A stretch of DNA of 64,000 nucleotides from Oikopleura dioica (lineage: Eukaryota > Animalia > Chordata), in contig OU015568.1 of the NCBI GenBank assembly GCA_907165135.1, positions 1,798,001 through 1,862,000 on the forward strand. Direction: 5' to 3'. A program made the translations under genes and the position numbers. The notes beneath the pieces are model-generated. The model saw nothing but the letters and a program-made list of their open reading frames with translations, did no database searches and was not told the origin of the DNA. Shown here one piece after another: positions 50,701-60,615 of the stretch; the stretch's first letter is position 1, and every line of letters starts with the position of its first letter.

Positions 50701-51538
50701 GGCCGTATTCCTGAAAACCTGTAAATGATGAAAGGTTTCTAATCATTTTGAGATAAAGAACTATCCTAGATCTTAATTTTGTCAGAAGGAAATTTTCTTC
50801 CTCTAAGGTTTTTTTAAGAAAATTTCGCCTCAAAGTTTTGATCTCGGTCGAAATTCGCCCTAAAACTGGCCGTATTCCGAGGAATGTAGCCTGTAAACAT
50901 GCATATTTCATATTTTTATATGAAAGTTCGGACCTTTATCTTAATTTTGTCAGTAGCTTATTTGGAGTGAATAAGCTTTTATATCGAAAATAATTTTTTG
51001 AAAAATTGATCTCGGCGATTTTTGCATTTTTTGAAAGTTAGATTCACGTTTTTGGCTCTAGAATCCAAAATATCTTGTCTCAAGTAAAACCAAGACCACC
51101 ATGATGTTTCTCATGCTCTGAGCTTTCAAAAAAGGCCTCATTGATAAAAATTGAAGCCAAAAAATTTTTTTTCGACCAGATTTCTAGCGCTCATATCTTG
51201 AAAACGACGAATGATCGCAGCTTACAATCTATTACAAAAATGCCTCAAATTTAGCCTAGAATTCAATGAAAGACAAAATAAATGTCTTACAGGCAATATA
51301 AACCCCTTTTCAAAATCGATACCCGTACCCTTAAAGCTTTAAATATTTACAGATCCTCTTTCGACCTCTGTAGTCCATTTTGAAGGCAATCTCTAACATT
51401 GATTTAAGCCGACAAGTAGGAAAATCCTCCCTGGTGCAGCTGCCGGACGATTTGCCGGAAGAAGTCGAACTACTGCCACTCAACAACGAGACGACCAATC
51501 TAATCGGATCCAAATTTTGGTCCCGCGCTTGTGCCTGA
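44702..51538 (+). CDS. BCOR: BCL6 corepressor (BCOR/BCORL1) homolog
   Basis: Long low-complexity N-terminus with PLDLS (46735-46749); ankyrin repeats [50 protein letters not shown]; PUFD-like C-terminus ([23 protein letters not shown]). Confidence 0.88.
50671..51330. mobile_element. 660-bp TTAA-specific non-autonomous element (Kolobok-like GG termini) in the last BCOR intron
   Basis: TTAA|GGCTACGGGTATCGAT ... ATCGATACCCGTACCC|TTAA. Confidence 0.85.
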
Positions 51539-51745
51539 TTCTCAAAAACAACATGGTTACTCGAAGCTTTTATTTATTTACTGCTCTTGATATTACTATT
51601 AATACTACTCTAGTTTATTTACATTTGAGCATCTTAAAACTCAAGTCAATCAACTTATAAATAGATTTTTTTCTTCTTACTGATCTTTTAAATATCTTGT
51701 TTTCAAGTCCAAATATGATGCTAAAAATTGCTATCTCAGCTGTAT

Positions 51746-52161
51746 TGTAGTGCTTTTATATATGCAATATCAAATGTTGGAGACTAAAGGCGTTTTGTTG
51801 TGGGGGTAGTTGAAAACAACTACGGAGCGTTTATTGTACTGACAGAACAGTCAGTAGGAGCAGTATTCGTTTTTCAGAAATTTGTGGTATAGATGTTGGC
51901 GCAGATTGGTACAGACTGGCACAGAGTAAAAAGGGTGCTTCTTTTTATAGCATTTCGTTCCGGGTGGCGAGTTTTCATCGGGCCTCACGAGCCGAGGGTG
52001 GCGGTGGAATCGGGTGAGTGCGCTTTACGACAGAAGGTGGTGGCGGATTCAGAGGGTGGTAGTGGTTTTGAAATGCGCGCGCTAATGGCTTTATGGCCAT
52101 TGCGCGCGGCGGAAATCAACTTTGTTGCAAAAGTCATACTTGCATATATTAATCCACTACA
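51746..52161 (-). repeat. 3' LTR (416 bp)
   Basis: Direct repeat of 59630-60045; no differences noticed. Confidence 0.97.
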
Positions 52162-52163
52162 AA

Positions 52164-52175
52164 TCCTTCCCTCCT
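52164..52175 (-). promoter_or_regulatory. Polypurine tract AGGAGGGAAGGA
   Basis: Lies 2 nt before the 3' LTR on the element's sense strand. Confidence 0.9.
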
Positions 52176-52201
52176 AGAATTTATGACTTTTGCACCTGAT
52201 T

Positions 52202-53296
52202 TTAACCAAAGAGCAGATCACGCCAGTTGTCATCTAGCATTTCAACCATGTTGCCGCTGTCAGTGTTGCTGGAAGATTGAGCTGAAGGAAAGGGGTCGTC
52301 AAGAGGCGGATCGCCAGGTGTTTGATTGCCAAGGACGTCCGGGGCGGAGCTCATCGGGCCATAACTCAGCGCTGGAACTGACGTTGGAGGTTGGGCTGGT
52401 GCCTTAGCCGTCCGGGAAGTATCAGTTGTCAACTGAGTCTGAGTGACCATGTCTTTTTTGGAGCTAGTAGGGAACGTCGTCGGTGGCAGTTGCTGTGGAT
52501 CCGGGGCTCTTGGATGTTCCATCATCGACAGAGACGTTGCGGCTGATGTTGTCGGCGAGATCGGCACAAAGGGTCTGGACAGGTGCTCAGTCATATCATT
52601 CTGTGGGGCAGCTGGCATCTCAGGCTGGTTGCGCTCGGTTGTCATCGTTGATTGCGCTTGGTCATCTAAGTCGTTATAGAAGGTTTCATCTTGTTGGTTC
52701 TGGGACTGGGTAGGCAGGGCGAACTTAGCGAGTAAGTCTGACAGGAAAGTCTCCAATAGGGAATTAGCTTCTTTAAGTTCAATTTGAAAGTTTGGATAGT
52801 TAGCTAATTCCCGCCAGACTTTTCGACGTGCTAAAAAGTGTTCTTCGTAGTTGTTGATGACCACATTCGCAAACTGCGGGATCGGCCTAAATGACTTTAG
52901 TAATTCAACCACAGCTGCCGTCTTTGTCTGCCAGCGAAGAAGGGACTCCCCTTTCATGCACTCGTTTTTCCAAAAGTCTATAATACTTTCGAATGCTTCT
53001 TCAGGAAATGCCCGATTTTGCAGTCGATCAAGGGCTCGTTCTTTTGCATACCGGATACTTCCTGTTAAATCGAGTAGTCGAGACCATTTTGGGTCAAGGA
53101 AGATTGTTGGCACGTGAATTCCAAAGATTGACGGTAGTACATACCGTTGGAACATTACCTTGCCACTGTCATTCATTCGGAAGAAGTGGCAGTCAAGGTT
53201 GGTAGTTGCTCCCTGGGAAGGCATTTTCAATTTCTTGAACTTGCGTTTGGCTTGTGTATTTTGAGACTGGGCCAGGGAGTCTCGTTTCAAAGCCAT
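52202..53296 (-). CDS. Retrotransposon ORF3, 364 aa, non-Env accessory protein of unknown function
   Basis: ATG-initiated uninterrupted ORF, same sense as gag/pol, ending 26 nt before the PPT; no signal peptide or TM helix visible. Confidence 0.8.
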   Translation of the reverse strand: MALKRDSLAQSQNTQAKRKFKKLKMPSQGATTNLDCHFFRMNDSGKVMFQRYVLPSIFGIHVPTIFLDPKWSRLLDLTGSIRYAKERALDRLQNRAFPEEAFESIIDFWKNECMKGESLLRWQTKTAAVVELLKSFRPIPQFANVVINNYEEHFLARRKVWRELANYPNFQIELKEANSLLETFLSDLLAKFALPTQSQNQQDETFYNDLDDQAQSTMTTERNQPEMPAAPQNDMTEHLSRPFVPISPTTSAATSLSMMEHPRAPDPQQLPPTTFPTSSKKDMVTQTQLTTDTSRTAKAPAQPPTSVPALSYGPMSSAPDVLGNQTPGDPPLDDPFPSAQSSSNTDSGNMVEMLDDNWRDLLFG

Positions 53297-53383
53297 GCGC
53301 GGTGCTTATTGGCCGCCCCAAGGCGAACTGTGCCGCGCCTAATTATTTTCCCACGGTTGATATTTGGTTTGTGTGTATATTTG

Positions 53384-53765
53384 ATGCTTCTTCTGTGAGC
53401 ATTTGAGTTTTGTCACCAGTTCTACTCCACACGAGCAGAATCGGATGCTTAGATGCTTCTTCTGTGAGCATTTGAATCGCAGTCATCAATTCTTCTCCAT
53501 ACGAGAAGACTCGTTTGATGATAATTTTTGGTGCTTCTTCTGTGAGCATTTGAATCGTAGTCATCAATTCTTCTCCACACGAGAAGACTCGTTTGATGAT
53601 AATTTTTGGTGCATCTTCTGTGAGCATTTGAATCGCAGTCATCAATTCTTCTCCACACGAGAAGACTCGTTTGATGATAAGCTGTCGAGTACATAATTTT
53701 TGAGTTTTTATTGCTTTTTTTGTGAGCATTTGAGTCTCTTTCATCAGTTCTTCTCCACACGAGCT
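53384..53765. repeat. Five related repeats (core period 78 bp) between pol and ORF3
   Basis: gtgagcattt anchors at 53395, 53464, 53542, 53620 and 53722. Confidence 0.92.
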
Positions 53766-54437
53766 GAACCAGATGACACTCAGGGTTCGAGTACTAAGCT
53801 GCATGCGAAGCGGGCAATTTTCGCTTCTACTGTAGTCGTGTAACGTGCTTCTGAAGGTAAATCTGAACCCGTTTGGGCCCATTGGGAGCAGACTCCAACA
53901 GTTGTAGAGGTCAACGCGTCCAGTAGCCATCAAATTGTGCTGTGCAGGCTGTGGCAGGGTTTGATAAGCAGGTTCCTTCTGCTGACTAAGCTGACTTACC
54001 ACGGATATTTTTCATGAGCTGATGCGGGCTCATGGCACTTGAACTTGAACGTTGCTATAGCGGGTGGTGATGGACTTCCAGCATACAGTCGAAATTCTTA
54101 TCGAAGGTCCAAGAAGATAATCGTTTTACATTCCTAGGGTACGGTGTTGGTTAACTCAGTGCATCGTTGTCCCGGCGGTAATAACTTCTCCCCCTTAGTA
54201 AACGAATTCTAGAGATCGATCAGGGATCTAGAATGGAACGGGTGCGTGGACATATCAAGAGCAAGATATCTCATTCCACGCTATTTTTGAAAATAGTTTT
54301 AGTGCTTTTGAGATGGCGCTAAATTAAGATTTTCAAAAATGTAAACTTAGAGCAAGAACAAGCTCTCTCTTCACAGTGGGCTCATGAGAGTGCAAACCAA
54401 CAATGCATCTCTCCCCTTCCCCTCCTCTTTTAGGAAC

Positions 54438-57400
54438 TTATTTTCGGGGTCGTAATCTTATTGACCAATTTGCAGGATCATTTTTGAGGGGCGCAACAGG
54501 ATCGTTATTTTCATTTTTCGGATCCTCTTTAGTTTCTGCATTCTTTTTTGACGCAGTTGAGCGGGAAATTTTTATTTGGGTGTCTTCCTTGATTTCTTTT
54601 GAGACACAATTGAGTTTTTTATCGCGAATGGATGATTGATCGTTTTCGTCATTGATCGAGACGAATTTTGTTGAGTCGCCGATCTTATTTTTTAGAGGTC
54701 GGATCAGGCTTATGTGTCGGCGATACTCACGTTGTGTGAGTGAACATTTTAGAATGTAAGAATCTTTTGAGATTCTTTTATGAACATAAAATGGGCCGCT
54801 CCAGTTTGTACCTAATTTTCCGTCAAAAAGGTTTGGTTTCCAGACTAGCACTTGGGTACCAAGTTCAAGAACTGGGCAATTATTTTTATCTTTTCGGAGG
54901 AGTTTTTGGTACCTCTGTACCTGGAACGCTTGGATCGCAGGGTGCAGTTGTTTAATATAACCATTGAGAGCTTTGACAAATGGTTCTTTGGCACCATCAT
55001 TTGATGTTCCAATTTTGTAAGGAACATGAAAAGGCCTACCGTAGAGAGCTTCATTACTTGAGAGCCCGTCTAGTGTTGCTTTTGGTAGGTTATTGAGATA
55101 GTATTTAGCTTGCTCCCATTTTTGTGACCAATTGCGATCATTTGCATTCAATTGTTTGAGTTGAATGTGAATCTCGCGATGGATTCTTTCAACTTTCCCA
55201 TTTGAACAGGATCGGTATGCAGTTGTTGTAACGTGGCGGATTTGGAATCGCTCGAAAATTTGCTTGCAAAGCGGTCCAAATTCACGCCCGTTGTCAGTAA
55301 CAACAACCTCGGTGATCCCGTGTCTGAGAACAAGAGTGAGGATCGCTTGCGCGACAGTTTTGTCACTTTTTGTTCCCAATGGTAAACCGTCTAGAAACCC
55401 GGTAAGCGAGTCGCAACAAGTCAGCAGATACCTTTTGTTTGATGAGTCAACTCTTCCATAGTCGACAAGGTCGAGAAAAGTTTTCTCAAAAGGAACTGAC
55501 TCGAAGTTGCGTCGCTCGATCATTGATGGTTTGAGCTTTTGATCGGTTTAAATTGAATGCAAGTGGGGCAAGAGCTCGTTACGGCTCTAAGTTTCATTTG
55601 GATATTACTTATGAAAAATTTTTGGCACATTTGGTTTAATTGCTGCGCACCAGCATGTCCCGTTATACAGTGCAGGTACTGTATGAATTCATTTGCAAGT
55701 TGGTCTGGGATAACAAGTTTATTTTTGGAGAATAAGATTCCGTCTTTGAGCGAGAATCTTGATTTTTTGTATTTCTCCACTTTAATGAGCTTATTTTTGG
55801 TGAGGTTGCACTCTTTTTGCAACTCCCTCATTTTTGTTTTTGTTATTTTCTCGGAACCGAAAGAGAAAATAACCTCATTTTTATCATTTTTGATGAGATG
55901 GAACATACAGACGCGTTCTGGAAGGAGCTCAAAGTTCACCGAATCGTCCTCTAAGTCGGAGCTTTTTGATCTTGGAAGGCGAGAAAAGTAATCCGCACTT
56001 GCCATGATCGGGCTGTTTCCCGGCTTGTGGATGATTGTGAAATCAAACTGCTGGAGATAGCAGTGGATATTGGTGAGTTTGATATCCAAGTTGGACTGTT
56101 GTTGTTCCTTGAAAAGAAAGAGCAGGCTTTTGTGGTCAACAACACAATCGAACTCTGTATTGAGGAGGTAAAACTCGAAATATTTGATTCCCCAAGTTAA
56201 CCCAAAGAGTTCCTTTACCCGCATGCTTCTTTTCAGATCAGGACCCGTGAGAGCTTTTGAAAAGTAACCAATAACCACTAGTTTTTCATTTTGATATTGG
56301 TAGAGGGTCCCGCCAACACTTCGCCCTGAGCTGTCGGTCACGAGAAGTAGCTTCGCGCCGAGTTTAAAATGGCCAAGTGTTGGTTTTTCTTTGAGCTTTT
56401 GATTCATGTCTTCGAAAGCCTGCTGGTGTTTACTCGTCCAGTTGAATTCTTTTTTCAGGCTTGTGAGCTCATACAAAGGCGCAAGAATTATGGATGCGTC
56501 TTTGACATATTTTGCATTAAAAGTAACCATTCCCAAGTAGCGTTTAAGTTCTTTTCTAGATGTTGGTACAGAAATTTTCTGTATTGCTGCAATGTGCTTA
56601 TCTGATGGTTGGATTCCCTGTCTCGAAATTCTGTGCCCAAGGAAATCTGTTTCACGCATGCATAAATTGCACTTTTTCGCGCTTAGTAGGAGTCCGTGAT
56701 TTTGGCACTGTTTGAAAATGAATTCGAGTGTTTTGAGGTGATTTTCGAAAGAATTGTCAATAATAATCAAATCATCCAAATAAATGATGATCGAGGGATG
56801 GTTCATGAGTTTTGACATTATTCTTGAAAACGCACTCGGAGCTGTTGCTGTTCCATAAAGCATTCTGTTTGCTTGGTAGTGCTTGTAACCAAAGCTGAAG
56901 GCAAGTTTATGCGAGTCAGATGAAGCGCACTGTACTTGCCAGTAGCCACGGTGGTAATCAAGACTACTTATGTAACATGCATCTCCCTTTGTGAGTTTTT
57001 CACCAATCCTAGTCATTACAGTTAGCATATGGGGAAGTGGAAACCGATCTAGCTTTAGAAGCTTGTTCAACCCACGAGCATCAAGCGAAATTCTTATCGT
57101 TTTATCGGGCTTTTTGAGAATAATGAGGGGGATGTTAAAATCAGACTGGGTCTCTTCTATGATTCCAAGATTTTTCCAGTTGTTGATTTCGGTTTCAACT
57201 TGGTCACGTAAGTGAACTGGAATTGGTCTCGGAGGTTGATGGCTTGACAGAGATTCGTCATGCGTTGGAAGTGCGAATCTGAATCCATGTAACTTGCCAA
57301 GGTCATCTGGTGACATAGAAAACGCAAGTTTATATTTTTCGGTAAGACCCTGAAGTGAAAGCTTTTCATTTTCAGAAGCATCCCCGTAATTCCCAATTTC

Positions 57401-57952
57401 AGGAATGAAATTTGCCCTTTTCGCTTGTGCTTCCCGCACTGATTGAAAGTTCTCAAGCGATTTTGATTCAAGGTCGGAGTTTAGGTCAATCTCGATAATT
57501 GCTGAGACTTTTGTTGATTGTTTCGAAAAAATTGATGGGTTAATTGTTTTTACCCGATGGTTTTCAAGGGTGATAAAGTTCTCACCATCGCAAAAAGAAA
57601 CGTTTTTTAAGACGTCAAGTCCTAAAATAATTGGACAAGATAGGTTCGAAACAACCAAAGGTAAGGGGTCTAGGGTAAATTTACCATCATCAGAAGGGAC
57701 CGTGATTTTGACCGGTGAGCACATTACTCTTGGGCGCACTATTTCATCATTTGCGACCAAGAGTTCAACATCAGAACTTCTTGTTTTACGAACAAAAGGG
57801 AGGGTGTCTTTAATGCAAGTTCGGGTGCAGCCGCTATCGATCAAGGCTGGATACTGAAAGTTTTCGACAATGACGTTGATGAATTTTAGGTCTGAAGAAG
57901 CGGATCTATAGTTTGGACAAAAGTTGAAAATGGCATGTTTATGGCCGTCTAG
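54438..57952 (-). CDS. pol: Pol polyprotein (protease, RT, RNase H, integrase); 1-nt frameshift at about 55538
   Basis: LIDSG protease; YLDD RT; TDSS..ELFG..DHKSL..ADYFSR RNase H; HCITGH..CPTC, TDNGREF, NGKVER and GPF integrase motifs. Confidence 0.96.
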
Positions 57953-59296
57953 TCACTCCTGTTTTTTCACATAGTCCAAAACATCTGCTGGCACTTTGTC
58001 AGAGTGAATATATTTGCAGTTTTCTGCATATTTGCATCTGTTGTACTTTGTGTACGAAAAACAATGCCCCTTCAGTTTTTCAACGTCGATTTTCGACCTT
58101 TTTGATCGTTTGCTGCCCGATTTTGGATGTGTGCTTTGGGAAGATTTTTGGTCAAGCTTTTGGTACAGCTTGTTCACGAGTTCGCGGAAGTGAGCTTTTT
58201 CATCATCTTCAGCTTTGATACTGAAGTTGATCTCCTTTTTCGGAATGGAGGCCTCAATTTCCGCTGCTCGTTTTGCAACATTATCAAGAGTTAGTTGCGA
58301 TTTTTCTCGCATCAAAAGTTCTTTCATTTTGTTATTCTGGCTTTCGCAAAATCTTTCAATTATGATGGAGCGATCGTTTTCACTGAGGTTCGTGAGGTCA
58401 TAGCCTTGCTTGTACAGCGATATAAGCTTGCTAACAGCCATGCCGAAACTGTCGGAACCTCTTTGATATTGTTTGAATTCAGACTTGTAAAAGTCTGTGT
58501 TCTTCCCAAGCATACTAGTTAATCGATCTTTAAATCTGCCCCAGTCTTTCATGTCTTCCGACTCCAGAGATTGGATTATATGAGATCCTTCGGACTCATT
58601 GAGCAGCGATGTTAGTGCAACGGTAATGATTTCGCTGCTAGAAAGATTTGAACATCGTGCGTAAATTTCGAGATTTTTAAGCCAAGCTGGGATCGGAATC
58701 GATGCATCATAACGTGGGGGTTTTACTTTTAGATTTGAAGAACGCGAAATTTTTGGTTCGAACTGTTGTTTCGGAATGTGTCCCGCGAATTCTTTCTTGA
58801 ACCGCGGCACATCTTTTGATTCCGGCTTTTCAGTTTTCACCTTTTGTTTTCGTGGCTTCGGAGCTTCCTGGCCGTTTTGAATGACCGTTTCATCAGCTGA
58901 ATCAGCTGACGAATCATTTGAAAGCTCTGAGCCTGAAACGGATTCAGTTTCTATTTTAAGCGATGTGATCAAAGCATCTAGATTTTCTACATTTCGGGAC
59001 GCCAAAATCTTTTGTGTGTCAATTTTATGACGAGCTTGCGCGAATTTTTGGTTTTGGCCGTCCTCTTGGTACTGAGGAAAGTATCGAACGAATTGTCCAT
59101 CAGTACTTTTTTCAAAAACATATTTTCGATTTTTATCGAAAAAATCTCTATCCAAGGCTAGAATATTGTGGCAAATGGATTCTTTATCGCTTATGGGGAT
59201 TTTTGGTGGATAAGTTTTTCCCTCGAGGTTATCGTAAATAACTAGTAGTTCCCCTTTGTTAAGGTCTTGTACGTGCTTGAAATACATTTCGGACAT
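57953..59296 (-). CDS. gag: Gag protein with C-terminal CCCH zinc finger
   Basis: 447-aa ORF upstream of pol; capsid-like PPRYD..WL..W..FK..YQRGSDS region; CFSYTKYNRCKYAENCKYIH. Confidence 0.92.
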   Translation of the reverse strand: MSEMYFKHVQDLNKGELLVIYDNLEGKTYPPKIPISDKESICHNILALDRDFFDKNRKYVFEKSTDGQFVRYFPQYQEDGQNQKFAQARHKIDTQKILASRNVENLDALITSLKIETESVSGSELSNDSSADSADETVIQNGQEAPKPRKQKVKTEKPESKDVPRFKKEFAGHIPKQQFEPKISRSSNLKVKPPRYDASIPIPAWLKNLEIYARCSNLSSSEIITVALTSLLNESEGSHIIQSLESEDMKDWGRFKDRLTSMLGKNTDFYKSEFKQYQRGSDSFGMAVSKLISLYKQGYDLTNLSENDRSIIIERFCESQNNKMKELLMREKSQLTLDNVAKRAAEIEASIPKKEINFSIKAEDDEKAHFRELVNKLYQKLDQKSSQSTHPKSGSKRSKRSKIDVEKLKGHCFSYTKYNRCKYAENCKYIHSDKVPADVLDYVKKQE

Positions 59297-59615
59297 GTTT
59301 TCAAAGAGATGAGCGAAAATTTGGTGAGAGCTGTTGATTTGGTGCCTTTTTTCTTAAAGGTCCGATCCTATAAGTCCTAAAAGCTTGCCTGTCGGTGGTG
59401 CCTCTTAAGGATAACACTCCGCTCAGTGGGACTCGCTCTGGACTTTTGAGAAATATCTAGGGACCTTTGAACCGGGTACTAACCTTTGTTGAAGTTTTCT
59501 TTTTTTCGGAGATCGTAGGCAGCAGCTCTTTTCGTATCGTTGTCGGTAAAGTAGGCTTCGGGGGTCTTCGAACTTTAAGCGATGGACTCTAGTCTTAAAG
59601 TTCCTCGCCGTTTTT

Positions 59616-59624
59616 CAGTCACCA
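59616..59624 (-). promoter_or_regulatory. Primer-binding site (TGGTGAC..., compatible with tRNA-Trp 3' end)
   Basis: TGGTGACTG lies 5 nt after the 5' LTR; only the first 7 nt match the usual metazoan tRNA-Trp end. Confidence 0.7.
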
Positions 59625-59629
59625 AAATT

Positions 59630-60045
59630 TGTAGTGCTTTTATATATGCAATATCAAATGTTGGAGACTAAAGGCGTTTTGTTGTGGGGGTAGTTGAAAA
59701 CAACTACGGAGCGTTTATTGTACTGACAGAACAGTCAGTAGGAGCAGTATTCGTTTTTCAGAAATTTGTGGTATAGATGTTGGCGCAGATTGGTACAGAC
59801 TGGCACAGAGTAAAAAGGGTGCTTCTTTTTATAGCATTTCGTTCCGGGTGGCGAGTTTTCATCGGGCCTCACGAGCCGAGGGTGGCGGTGGAATCGGGTG
59901 AGTGCGCTTTACGACAGAAGGTGGTGGCGGATTCAGAGGGTGGTAGTGGTTTTGAAATGCGCGCGCTAATGGCTTTATGGCCATTGCGCGCGGCGGAAAT
60001 CAACTTTGTTGCAAAAGTCATACTTGCATATATTAATCCACTACA
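59630..60045 (-). repeat. 5' LTR (416 bp)
   Basis: TGTAGTG...CACTACA followed by TSD GTAT. Confidence 0.97.
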
Positions 60046-60351
60046 GTATTTATTCCCTTTTCAAATCATTTTTAGTTTATCATTTTCTTTGCAAATTCAA
60101 TTACAACCCAAATGTGCCAATTTCAGCTTATTTTTTGTCATTAATTTCGTTACCAAAGTAAAACTACACTTTTTGCTCGACCCGCTACCCCCTTAAAATG
60201 AAGTCCTCTTTTTTATCAACAATTTAAGTTAGATGAATTTAAAAAACTTTTTGCAGGCAAATTTCTGACCTGGCCGGATTTTGTAGCCTTATGAAAGCCC
60301 GTAAAATTTTGAGTCGATTCGACCAAATCGTTTTCGAAATTTTCTAGAGAA

Positions 60352-60371
60352 TGACGTCATAAATGACGTCA
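60352..60371. promoter_or_regulatory. Two perfect CRE palindromes (TGACGTCA) 4 bp apart
   Basis: atgacgtcataaatgacgtca, about 245 bp upstream of the NHR-gene ATG. Confidence 0.55.
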
Positions 60372-60615
60372 GAAGGTCCCAAAAAGGCGAAACTTTGAGT
60401 CTAATTTTAATAGCCTTTCCGATAGAATTACGGAGTGTTCTATAGCTCACTTATTATTTTTCTTCTGAAACTTTCTGTTCGAAACTCTGTTTTTTAGTTT
60501 AAACTTTTAACTATTGATTTCGTTTTTTTATCAAAAAATATCCTTTCTACCGTTCTTCATGTTCCAAATAATAAAAGAAAATTCTAATTCTACTTTTGTT
60601 ACTTTCATTTTTCAG

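Larger units (their letters stand above)
51746..60045 (-). mobile_element. Full-length Ty3/gypsy LTR retrotransposon (Tor-like) with a third ORF
   Basis: Two 416-bp LTRs with TGTAGTG...CACTACA ends, 4-bp TSD GTAT, PBS, PPT, gag, and pol in PR-RT-RH-IN order. Confidence 0.98.

Noticed and set aside
52202-53296. env gene
   Set aside because: No signal peptide, TM anchor or Cys-rich ectodomain.
53700-53770. Hammerhead ribozyme (CTGATGA on the minus strand of the 78-bp repeats)
   Set aside because: No stem II followed by GAAA could be built; the other units read TTGATGA.
51893-60196. Plus-strand ORFs in the LTRs and antisense to gag/pol
   Set aside because: Shadow ORFs without recognisable motifs; the LTR ORFs simply run out into different flanks.
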